Assembly (NCBI GenBank): GCA_017467625.1
Contig: JAFUSN010000003.1
Location: forward strand, 257,378-321,377
Length of the DNA stretch: 64,000 nt
Reading direction: 5' to 3'
DNA from: Clostridia bacterium
GTDB lineage: Bacteria > Bacillota > Clostridia > Christensenellales > UBA1242
Shown piece after piece: positions 62,801-64,000 of the stretch. The position numbers were made by a program, and so were the translations under genes. The notes below the pieces were generated by a model that ran no database searches, was not told where the DNA came from, and saw nothing but the letters and a program-made list of their open reading frames with translations. Each line of letters begins with the position of its first letter. The first letter of the stretch is position 1.

Positions 62801-64000
62801 TTAAAACATCAACTCTAAATTTAACAAAACTTCTTCCATTATTTTCCAGTGCAAAAATTTGTTGCATAGGCTTAATTGTTGTAATTGCAAAGTTTGTTGA
62901 TGATGCAGAAACATTTGTAATATCTGTTTCTGAAGATTTATTAAATATGAATGAGTTATCAAGTTTATAAGCATAACCTGGACCAAGTAAATTAATCACA
63001 AACTCACGGCCAAAGATATCTGCGTGTCCATATGAAACAAATTCAACATAATACATTGTTACATTGTTGTCATCTTTATCAACGCCAGCATAAGAGCCAA
63101 GATTAAAGAATGAATTGTTATAAACATCATCATTAATCTTGAACTTCAAGTTTGATTTAGCCATACCCAAAGCTTCATCATGAAGCAAATATCCCATACT
63201 TTCAGTTTCAAGTCTAAATACAACATGTGACTTAAACTTAACATCAACAGTTATATTGTGATAAATTCCAGTAATACTAATTTCAAAAGTTCCAAGTTTA
63301 TTATTTAATTTATAACTAATATATCTGTTTCCATTTCTTGTTATCGTTCCACTAATAATTTGGCTAGCAGAATCATTCTTCGTTAAGTAATAATTTGCTT
63401 GAGACTGTGAATCTTCATATGAATATGTATAAGTATATGCCCCGCCCTTAGCATAGTTTGTAACAATAAGGGTATGATCAATTCTATATGTCTTGCCTTC
63501 GTAAGTCATAAGAATATAGTCTACAACATATCCCTTGTCTGGTGTTATTGTTAAAGTGTTTGTTGCAGTTGGAAGAATGCTATTAATTGTTGGTGTAATT
63601 GAGCCATAAGCATTTCCACTGACATATTGATCTGAACTTGTTGTAATACCTTTACTTGTAATAATACTATTTCTAATATCAGTAAAGTTTGCAACAATTT
63701 CAATAGCTTCATTTGACTGACATGAATCACTAAACAAAATGTAAACATATTTAGTTTCTGTGTGTAATCCGCCATATGAACATAAATACAGAATGAAGTT
63801 TTGATGAGTTGTCCCACTGTTATAATTCATTGTAAATGCATTATTAACATCGTAAACAACACCAGCAATATTAAATGTTGAATATGCTTTACTTGAAACA
63901 TATGCTGTTGCATTTGTTGAAGTAATCTTGCTCATATCATATCTATCAGTTGTAGCATTATAACCAAGATTAAAGTTATAAGTTTTTGAACCAATTTTAA
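38808..64000 (-). CDS. Giant secreted/surface repeat protein (at least 8,396 codons in window, 5' end probably outside) built from Listeria-Bacteroides (Flg_new/InlB-B-type) repeat units
   Basis: The ORF track starts at Met 63935, but the same frame is open to 64000 (..KIGSKTYNFNLGYNATTDRYD-MSKITS..). No SD precedes that ATG (gatagatatgatATG). I counted about 33 occurrences of the core [DSQ]-[RK]-x-G-Y-[TI]-[FW]-x-G-[WF], each framed by 'ANTY.V.F' starts and 'LYA.W' ends. That is the order of motifs in the Listeria-Bacteroides repeat, here expanded to about 120-250 aa per unit. There is no TM segment or LPXTG at the C-terminus. All other frames are broken to 94 aa or less. Confidence 0.9.
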   Translation of the reverse strand, partial: KIGSKTYNFNLGYNATTDRYDMSKITSTNATAYVSSKAYSTFNIAGVVYDVNNAFTMNYNSGTTHQNFILYLCSYGGLHTETKYVYILFSDSCQSNEAIEIVANFTDIRNSIITSKGITTSSDQYVSGNAYGSITPTINSILPTATNTLTITPDKGYVVDYILMTYEGKTYRIDHTLIVTNYAKGGAYTYTYSYEDSQSQANYYLTKNDSASQIISGTITRNGNRYISYKLNNKLGTFEISITGIYHNITVDVKFKSHVVFRLETESMGYLLHDEALGMAKSNLKFKINDDVYNNSFFNLGSYAGVDKDDNNVTMYYVEFVSYGHADIFGREFVINLLGPGYAYKLDNSFIFNKSSETDITNVSASSTNFAITTIKPMQQIFALENNGRSFVKFRVDVLTNTSEFNSYLNVIDVNGNLMGSRLDPYSTNTWFNNQVLSDINVDYSAYSGLTKATVDSNYVYNGREIITYYGNKLVFNYNKIDGYTLSTLRIYGYINNRLITTGKYANDGHYIDIIATISNGSVQFVDYYTRSGKTISANSGIYTFANNNDELNTITASYTTNDGSYSFEFNGDILAYLTAGLVVEFYSTPNIFTVTYNSNKGNSTSPLTINTISNPVVNPYSVSVSNRTTYTNVSQNGNLTQKVVYNQIYDYSDLTNAYNGTATNGTIYKQVDPDAPTGDIVIYSNVNTSSETYRLFTYTNRLDFYPFYIIGYTFIGWSHVTGWENTADSVVRFNNLASFDMSKRNSASASTYYSILKQQILSGNVTLYARWRAETYSITFNFNTTTEKTPARFFNGTAYYSSSQVYTVTVVYDTNDWINLDLTLVQRYGYTWNGWFISTANNLLRIISGVDRVDTRNIAAQPTFNFTLYTQLLAANAIPADCQKLIDNGNADYQTTAHFMTSATAGAIGYVSHTDSDHIVNLYAKWTAKTYKAYFYYAVGSNDNENVVNSINNNGFTNYAEYILPGKSVNYIELTYDRQFVIAGEIVDESRIPLHYDFYTWFRWYYNYDNLSEATDANPDRNENVSDWYSTANYANYASGNYNDKNLSASNYSYWYDPTYSNAALRIDNASSYNNPLKSDVPYINIEEYYTSEDDVDEDYINNDMFSSDKFVYANSTFYKRYAGDEYFFAYDVKEIYYATFYESETNPTTIYNSSNVDQGHFFVAPDGRTTLPGSNYVFYSTTENKTDLIKTRYASDIVWEWNPFESRIDDNNEKNVLVPSWYKFIGWYVYVDQDHAYIVNDQYYKDGRYFDKYNGTQNYHEFIYSYTDFDGSEKQASSQFYYYDENGMTKFRFTHAYHDIYVYAVYEMVEYTANITINGDYGSVYYTTDGIEQTNSPVSGIENIRVNNLQNNLDYADTINTNSIIYADRINYKGIYYEVNSRFNEYIGSTLTNFYTPSLFVYSNNATQNNTDVANKFKGNDGETGRRVMHLAAISKVATGDRYDSSLTYYVDAEGLTKYTGTSFDSYWVYGVATRDNVLYVRKSASEIVKVKDGDAYNSAATYYLDSQGLRPYVNDANFGKYWTRIASSTNPLYVGFGYNNNETFTVKTLQNNDLTLFIYLREGYKLDRSDITITNNGSVQNVYSYEWYFNDTTREYRYMIKVANVYKDFAMTLNVSTITYDSLDYSTTGHATSQGYVEKGTTTSGTLDHQVATQPKTSGTMYGNTQYVVFYPNVNNVDYTYFRNNKTNDTAHSYLNYVDSYLSKLTFTKGSRTTYYTLEYRTDTATNYEIDFTNFVVKNSSGTIVASKTPVYGSFTINVDGITYVVEKAYTLPYISAYELQTTSTSSSKSTVETTNYAVLYLCHYTVNTEDYYAYILFDDTRRENDGLKVVADFTDIKNAIQFSSSVANGANDLYKSTATVGATIDYNDSMNQTGVSPSDVNTYVIRPHSGYIIKTLTVNYGKGTFTITRDDISSKLANSNYSYIFTYSNNGYSGSDWIYTFHNKDFISYKYDETTGYITVRVFGIYGNVRITAVAESYISFRFEAGNWKNILLSYTGNNTDNNINNFALNFYIGYKPVEYLKNNTGSYLSYAESKAQVTEFRTGKFDSTYYVELIFIGKAKIFDNNGITFRTIDNAYSYRMTGFTLTNKATVPHEGHIDNSSYQYNANSIYKVNSADTTVDGAVSASSKYKEIYIEDLRKLYSTSANEHTTFNGYTFAKVRVDEVSTKVNIDSYFYVVNGGVIDTNDSHARLDPLANQSWFNGQTLSNIKIDYTKANRDAILSSITYKERLGRIADSFFGNRYYIYYTEIEGYDLTKVNYLGTDYYLTYSKSGNTYTVSTDKTLPNSIAITYSRENSTTTYGTFRFEVLADTNTFATNNIKFYSSPKLMTVTYKFNKQNATSPIVINGNTISASNLETSELTQNFYFNQVTEINSNKYSMVGYTFMGWATGNEFDSSASVNGLSAWSNAYSWSIERNSANETDIYNESTTLYGRGFFSYWFGVSGNKAYFVSYDSNSSGVYRYNFYNSIKDQIHNSIYNGVNIKLYAVWKANKYNIVLNTNKNVGSTTPEYYSYETSAYNDESYFIAESTTYLVVTYDTNLWQLSYNGTIYKLSDVLLDRYGYTWQGFYVSTAATGTAQNQFFNKNAAGFNWDALDTLLQIVDGHTYATKNSIILPKLDYELICKTNYTEPSYNLSFTYASGSGAASATNSLDSRNEVYKGGTGETSNNKFGSITVYAGWQANTYKISYDYGTNGIDSNVIKSSSISHDSERISIKNLLGSSPLQTNSHNYTEFVFDVEYDAEYLTRIGYTFVGWRTGLNSTATIAAGNKMILNLTTIRNSNVAGTGVFADSYLYRNKSYINNATEFLGDVETLGDTESGNNIDNHFVIFFAMWQVNTYTVHLNINSSIMNSTVASYSGIQSGNIYQNGLIPFTLRVVFDTNDWYYPTSTDKKLANILLEKFGYMWIGWYTNMLTVEGQDYLAAGVQTDYDYVNSYNEYVDKVAGRGVQNTETIDYTLFNQFTFRTMGRATTLETELQAFESSLVTNYSPRYGYTILSSDGEGNWVENRSTSTFELTIYSKWQGIIYETTFEKTDFDLSLKSNRNSGIGSTEAYYLNGVGLDAYTSTETTTMYVMFDTNLYTSNFKEILKNVSDHGKYSTENGTHLEDLVRVDRFGYTWTGWYTRGYETANVTTRQSTETGTAFKVGSMSGSLLVVDGINVSGKTRISNFSNTYRSTVYGFNDTAAYRYVNTSNRKFDLTMYNTLQTYTTNKTHTGNNNIGTFEMKLYAGWEANTYQITYEGNDVHSTNPLKNYTVKTANLDNSGNGGSSPTYKVTGFALSVLFDGADVEATAFQRVGYTFTGYSLGQTSEPYFKSSKASEWKSTKVRLDYFAIKFEGGPETSAKTTNNYLYSSYSYATHTGVNEVLGDGLQTYAVALNAFYKANVYHVNFNSNISAGGSTTPWFSVDGSSYTNATYNSTIMVEFDTDEWKSNDGKEIDDIRVDRYGYTWMGWYVKSTFFNTILNNTDRYVVSTGNENNALWELYYKYIIVSNNGLDNVQVFNYARFKKFFDIVNVSGETLVSISEETTTNGRSFTGTYTSINPSEANNFNSFTFNGDHSFTIGKKSLTVSGNTYTGRVVEKYNSATNLADEHEIYLFAGWQANTYKVSYDYGTNGIDSTNASTKYKGVQDGVAHSVWTSEVSIAHDASGISLKNLNGTSSPLATNSGDYYEFVFDVEYSPQYLTRVGYTFAGWRFGLNSASTMAHGAKMVINATTIAQAGISTSGSTTNGLLYVDESMLNDSSAILGTYERLGDSDSRYTFVENGSAVTYTMAKNNQKHNVILFAIWQANTYTVSIDVNASEIDSTNAVYNGTTYNNGLLNIKLKVVFDTNNWVVDGDSANLLDLVLTKENYFWIGWYTNADTWEEFNDNGTIKSDFLTSGTDYGYENDYNYYYDRIASRTTPVMRVLDYTLFNQYTFRTFDQGTTNAGLTTFESDLATTYDREFGYTILRNDGEGNWVENRKTSTFELTIYAKWQGIIYQVSFDATDFNTSSIYGIGSTNAFYINELNGSYNAENAYCNMYVMFDRNEYTSDYEEIYSLRYKEIYYDFESATYVIDRNGDGIEDRTVAGDHLKDIIKVDRYGYTWTGWYTRGYENRTSRTATNGTTTFYNGTMKSNSKLILTANDANSKTHSSGYSRNIQDSDNAKFDKSIYDTLLTVTTNKSAKNYTLTLYAGWAANTYQVVYESNDVNSTNELKKKTVKTAGDLDSTTGGTSPAYQSKTKITTILFDSTDVDAGAFQRVGYTFTGFSIGQTTEPYFKTLQGSEAKKTMVRLDYFAIKFEDGPVTSAEYTDNYLNSAYTTNNNTREILGDAIKTYEVTLNAFYRANIYDVSFNSNKAAGGSTDPWFYDISSGTYTDATSDYDDILKIEFDSTKWMVDNQNVDLSQVLIDRFGYTWMGWFTRSTAFNISANNSNSFNAADTNFWKRYYNFMVISGTASTDYREYLIPFNYSLFLTLFEYTSNVKEATNYNHTVNVDATDITWNLVDNSFTVNGDIIETYSTHKFKLSAGWQANTYNLTYYYSDVNSIKNSVNNGSYVTTSPIESITANGVTVAGDLTNRYVTMTLVFDKEYEYPEYLSRIGYTFAGWRFGLNSNYTFAYGDKLVLNADSIAIKNVAGTASTSESYLYEDTLYAEVAMSDTNYNRLGTIEKLGDTESNYTLSTNGLVNNIAKHTAQIFAIWDVNEYIVEFNINYSYNNSTYTNFTAGIYNKPSSTFATYLSRTSDKIETTTSLIGTLNDINAYMTGDGDKSSLQYGFRLSEQFIEFEGDDFDYVAHVTFDHNDWWFETKSGEKISDALYYILLQKFGYYFGGWYTSSSCEHVVLAYNEYEGTYNNILGMYSTDPLVKLDYSYYSKFTHSVSQRNSNNGYITTGDWVENRDTRTFEITLYAKWTAKTYTVDKFYAYSTNRSGNIVGSTTPYYTVNGIDWIEVVTNVNDPIENLDSLIEIRVYFDTNNWYSVDGNGNKLEDNGLYNLLIDRYGYTWTGWYGRRANESSMQYRVIDGHRSDLMTYGSSYTTECIAVNLSYSMFNRMDERDETSRKFSLYAHYNANQYLLKFDYTDVNSSHGVGSSVATTLSNATYVSQKVTFDTPTQDIIQLHRNGYTFVGWRFGTDDVTKNNSILYAGTTFVISDDYIHSDDGTEVFIFTNNDCTVQEAFGDFEGRNDGNIFVHYTVAYAVWAPITYHVTFNGNKQNGTTTTPLFKENGVYDKLQSSFTLDVVFDTNEWNIANGSGTIYDILIDRYGYTWTGWFITDDMAGNNRIIAGNSTAGRENNVHVFDDTFFSTVYAPVKYESDTTNVSFTVYAGWIANTYSIVYDYSDVGSERLYFGTLQRNLGGTQNPIGSTAANSDIPSYSNISEIVFDTIADTEFISAYRYGYIFNGWTLNPENASLQSNYTDTLITRNLKLNYEFARQTNVATSCISTESYLKFFSSLNDYESEKLGDEETNSEHMIVLYANWTARIYEVSFNFNNDYRYIAENYAERIINSTYATKLNNTQPVSETVDKVRVKFDTDNWYSFVDSQDNALRYISTSRIGYTFLGWYTTRTMNNGTQDGAYIPSIIYDAINDTSESKLNVLTLNTDIDNYTQVDGYITEEDKLGVTGTINLYAGWMQNEYTMNLILRDSNTENNDWKLGSTPASIKHFDSNVYDIDKEEFDDLYEIRVLFDTNGYRIYSKDNGDVVENISIYHILTDRFGYTWTGWFIDQGAQTAIVGGHTINDLSVTNPQIHVFDIDLYNVAITLNGNIDNNDSEDFRMFYTFAGWNANTYTVIYDLNDVEGLNLQTGTSHASRNDSEYAFTSTIIFDTTYESLQSNGNLPYYQQTASRNGYTFLGWSLNSSIITTGNEETATQFKVKDAKYYTYLNDSVIYLNNGDVLLYTRYVTDSDADREALGDLEEEHRIVLIANWVTKKYKVEFIKNDLGNANGSTNAYFVEDGELLPNSTKSIYVRFDSKDWFLEYENEQQGTTIVSEYLRNIVIDRYGYTFVGWSTYSYLETGYASKYIVYNKASNTLYNLDDTRFVPENITEDVSGDEDGTIKLFAIWKANTYTLTFKYNAAPEVSYQIQIPDDEKYKDVARSIGSTTSAAYSSIFKVTFDGEEIEIPVPSRKGYNFYGMFLDENIDSAYKFVSEDGVIKFELTKDTARNTQNNASLDNEAGFIYGDSKTSPEVLGDAETSHNVYVQIVWAPIKYSVTLDLNSTESSTNAYFYNGDEYVDINVHDSIMVSVYFDTNNWEWVYNGRTAQIDTLIFGKLGYTWTGWYTTKSCTTYVYNKVNSLATLNNGLYNKFENIDDKTTTLTIYAGWTKNQYNVVIDNNEIIDSESHAVYKDLNGNFALETKPLTVTTQFDTASWNNLDTVVMDRYGFIWDGLWTNETDESIKIENNSTEFNLTLLRSIFKNANSEVSMLNTYESIREVTVTAHWTANVYHVNVNFYDKDRGFGSTKAEPSSNFGYTESITLGQPIKFTGNIERIGYDFVGWIVGNNVVNSSSFIKNSEYILSDTVLINYTYLINAKTGVTPDIYFDNGSVVKEGFGDADRGYEHNIYVYAYYTPITYSVNFIKNDYDSDRNGTTTAMFEAENGQYSRPDTPISAVRVVFDTNDWINISLANVARIGYKWNGWYTSTSDNKVKIVSSTSLDASLYGNLKIDSSTRTITLYADWTANTYKINVVTNREAAQVTLDDISIKELVFDQTYEIEMLAKAGYEFVGWSFDDVVIQEVENESGFALGTLAIISSTFDKATFKFGNVKYNDTEDHEKYSNVGKNLIVDKDGNYHIYSNGEFERIGDSQTNLEVVLHAIWLPRVFGIKFDLNDSSSTSLGRVGSTKAYLSNNNFVSYYSNYQDVSSDKLKITVNSPYSRLSYNSSLTTNLLVDRIGYTWKGWYLDPIASDEYLFIRAYSSETAMISMEMFEKLTEKGIINENTEDIILYAGWTANTYTLVENDVIDSSSGGSVMIPVNSSPISTSEGNMTSYTYTTRAVQTRFTFDQVIDDLSYIRVGYNYSGFAFMNPSEYVNTLSPINSRFDINSVTGDGKIYLYTTYENDPLARTTEALGDMARRGGISPEYYISMYTVWEAIEYKIVISLNNLVGTIPMNNFGNVDANYLVTLDGTKHNLANNAIFAYRNGNSSNLITYKLKFNDVISNAETENDVPERIKALLDELSISLTGYTYKSLNTFYDLADVNNTVIWDTVGAYGTDSNNNPYRLDENFLAGLIYETVINDNGELSTTYNSFRNNFTKTSSNTYMVKVYNNSSDNNVITFFAGYDINRFNVTVGNDTQIVDNDGEISYVNGGNAAYNMINVNGSTEFSLTDGTLSQQIQFYNNEYIVVAPTSSGKYISKITLNYNIENVNYIATIDLKFNSAIRGLEWAEYVINITNNATHETSQIVGSGDTISIPYVFNNIKITSLLYGEGTAQYEFDGFARELAYEEFKEDTFYTVVEIENVKTELIISFEFSSQSFETNVYISVSDDGTINIDETSGLHDTTEVPYGYPVSDIIAGWDISSELWYEIIFNDDGSYYAQEIEIDTTMIVNRDITLCCSIINDSNSSKRVIFYTWSDSKNVNGNYVQYTNNSNYVLRSAEYTLIDEDGTQKLSKPTYTGYVYDASISQWIWTSAYINNGNYFTLHDDSLVDCVHCGGDGNVAGSICEECGGAGKVLSYATLSSIPQSTIGAWFPNSQFICYVVLTQTIINKLGYDNIAQLAASGVYVDIISIDTSSNTATVQLIDGETGFVVCDNIDGNPIQVQILTTDTHVDQNIYAIQAYAILNFTVDVDENNVVKDFTNKNNTTITVDVDEYKSTVKFFDVNGSVITYYSPDEIKVLVLNQNEYEAYIRALASRPSVQTALLNTISNYSNVKLVDLRSEIEVGSDAYIFLFMYRKGSTNSIAAISDMYIEFHNGQITRYPISNNVAFTSNSINVGMNASTGETSLIINKSRMQTSFTDSLGNVYSADDLKFVALTSSELTQYFINLTTMTKEDALKSLNIVGGSNGRETSNIEHSFSENRYVIGLYTNGDEIIKITSNYIYINHANHSASLIYIQDLMFMETNVTVSNGTITVANVNSIMSTSKFDYATNTQYSMNTHTLNFVAFNASQFSYFADLVEYGLYSRTDAFKVTLQKFSGDLIMASVSNSALTMHGLENNNTYYIVAYYNNNGNVAIISANLLTVNVNGSTGLSTTAIITLSNNFGFTAPAIAIETSGYNGNVSFIDEYMNLNYYDYKTEQSYSDVRYFEITDDELNAAATYYNNGFKLFDSQDGSQIIAQYDNLTIEESIELAVYYYRNRNDARISNFVNQLTDSQGELTITEIVSSINMIPVTYINEAGFRIRGESLEVGDVETHYLISVFRNEDGKVFDQVSNNYVKVDATREETSLSVVSSIINLADKIYDYENIYE
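38811..40620 (-). repeat. Four tandem C-terminal modules (about 130-190 aa each) of giant gene 2
   Basis: Modules start near 40600, 40180, 39795 and 39385. They share FFDVNGSVITYYSPDEIKVLVLNQNEYEAYIRAL / FTDSLGNVYSADDLKFVALTSSELTQYFINL / FDYATNTQYSMNTHTLNFVAFNASQFSYFADL / FIDEYMNLNYYDY..DVRYFEITDDELNAAATYY. Each has a later Y-[IV]-[FIV]-x-x-Y strand (AYIFLFMYRKG, RYVIGLYTNG, TYYIVAYYNNNG, THYLISVFRNEDG). Confidence 0.6.
41025..41090 (-). other. Paired CXXCXGXG motifs (DnaJ-type zinc-knuckle signature) inside giant gene 2
   Basis: Translation CVHCGGDGNVAGSICEECGGAG (aa 7616..7637). Both halves fit C-x-x-C-x-G-x-G exactly. It is the only four-Cys cluster I see in the protein. Confidence 0.6.
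42204..44012 (-). repeat. Partial, degenerate higher-order repeat block 6 (4 units, 603 aa)
   Basis: Begins at ADWTANTYKINVV (Ala codon 44012..44010, aa 6642). Cores: AKAGYEFVGWSFD, DRIGYTWKGWYLD, IRVGYNYSGFAFM, SLTGYTYKSLNTF. Ends at FFAGY (42203). Confidence 0.7.
44013..45860 (-). repeat. Higher-order repeat block 5 (5 units, 616 aa)
   Basis: Begins at AIWKANTYTLTFKY (Ala codon 45860..45858, aa 6026). Cores: SRKGYNFYGMFLD, GKLGYTWTGWYTT, DRYGFIWDGLWTN, ERIGYDFVGWIVG, ARIGYKWNGWYTS. Confidence 0.8.
45861..48068 (-). repeat. Higher-order repeat block 4 (5 units, 736 aa)
   Basis: Begins at AGWIANTYSIVYDY (Ala codon 48068..48066, aa 5290). Cores: YRYGYIFNGWTLN, SRIGYTFLGWYTT, DRFGYTWTGWFID, SRNGYTFLGWSLN, DRYGYTFVGWSTY. 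Confidence 0.8.
48069..50459 (-). repeat. Higher-order repeat block 3 (5 units, 797 aa)
   Basis: Begins at AGWQANTYNLTYYY (Ala codon 50459..50457, aa 4493). Cores: SRIGYTFAGWRFG, QKFGYYFGGWYTS, DRYGYTWTGWYGR, HRNGYTFVGWRFG, DRYGYTWTGWFIT. Confidence 0.8.
50460..53192 (-). repeat. Higher-order repeat block 2 (5 units, 911 aa)
   Basis: Begins at AGWQANTYKVSYDYGTNGID (Ala codon 53192..53190, aa 3582). Cores: TRVGYTFAGWRFG, KENYFWIGWYTN, DRYGYTWTGWYTR, QRVGYTFTGFSIG, DRFGYTWMGWFTR. Long collinear identity with block 1, e.g. DGEGNWVENR.TSTFELTIY.KWQGIIY. Confidence 0.85.
53193..55955 (-). repeat. Higher-order repeat block 1 (5 units, 921 aa)
   Basis: Begins at AGWQANTYKISYDYGTNGID (Ala codon 55955..55953, aa 2661). 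Unit cores: TRIGYTFVGWRTG, EKFGYMWIGWYTN, DRFGYTWTGWYTR, QRVGYTFTGYSLG, DRYGYTWMGWYVK. Confidence 0.85.
56281..58720 (-). repeat. N-terminal module copy B of giant gene 2 (coding repeat)
   Basis: See copy A. The offset between landmarks is about 5.2-5.3 kb. Confidence 0.75.
61485..64000 (-). repeat. N-terminal module copy A of giant gene 2 (coding repeat, truncated by window edge)
   Basis: Collinear with 56281..58720. Landmarks: FILYLCSY vs AVLYLCHY; YILFSDS vs YILFDDT; IVANFTDIRNSI vs VVADFTDIKNAI; TITPDKGYVVDYILMTY vs VIRPHSGYIIKTLTVNY; RLDPYSTNTWFNNQVLSDINVDY vs RLDPLANQSWFNGQTLSNIKIDY; FYSTPNIFTVTYNSNKGNSTSP vs FYSSPKLMTVTYKFNKQNATSP; IGYTFIGW vs VGYTFMGW; RYGYTWNGW vs RYGYTWQGF. Confidence 0.75.

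Noticed and set aside
40688-63817. About 35 short nested ORFs inside giant gene 2, some with recurring peptides (LDGKQIH.KFHM.MEQME at 55886..56071 and 53087..53275, and again at 50312..50527).
   Set aside because: The recurrence simply mirrors the coding repeat AGWQANTYK.SYDYGTNG read in the +1 frame. No independent start signals are present. These are artefacts of the higher-order repeat.
1131-64000. Assignment of the giants to RHS/YD-repeat toxins, RTX adhesins, cadherin/BIg arrays or sortase-anchored (LPXTG) proteins.
   Set aside because: There is no G-x3-R-Y-x-Y-D-x2-G-R-L YD consensus and no GGxGxD nonapeptides. There is no C-terminal LPXTG plus hydrophobic tail; LPTAT near the N-terminus of gene 2 is internal. 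The recurrent motifs instead match the Listeria-Bacteroides/InlB-B repeat order.

Overview
Strongly AT-rich bacterial chromosomal DNA read with the standard genetic code: TGA terminates the esterase gene, Trp is TGG, and two ORFs of 29.3 kb and at least 25.2 kb stay open. Promoter style (TGnTATAAT), a lipoprotein signal and the gene content suggest a low-GC Bacillota/Mollicutes-related organism; this is inference only. About 85% of the window is two convergently oriented giant genes. (1) 1131..30398 (+) encodes 9,755 aa with a classical lipoprotein signal peptide and lipobox, a beta-rich body with InlB-B/Listeria-Bacteroides-type domain junctions, and a distinct C-terminal domain carrying an HEILH motif. 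(2) 38808..>64000 (-) has at least 8,396 codons and its frame is still open at the window edge. It contains about 33 expanded Listeria-Bacteroides repeat units (Y.V.F ... GYT[FW].GW ... LYA.W). These form a five-unit higher-order repeat iterated 5.5 times, with block length shrinking steadily (921, 911, 797, 736, 616 aa). The same protein has a duplicated ~800-aa N-terminal module, one DnaJ-type CXXCXGXG x2 zinc knuckle and four tandem C-terminal modules. The two giants share a ~50-aa motif, so they are paralogous. Between them lies an 8.4-kb housekeeping island. It holds a type-I membrane protein with SH3b-like repeats, a NUDIX hydrolase, a family-IV esterase, tRNA-Leu(CAA), a Nudix-like protein, cysS with a structured terminator-containing leader, and an OYE/FadH-like flavoprotein with a degenerate active site. 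A small sigma-region-4-like regulator is divergent from giant gene 1. Several strong sigma-70-type promoters and four clean intrinsic terminators are visible, and three genes look leaderless. I found no CRISPR array, transposase, integrase or rRNA.
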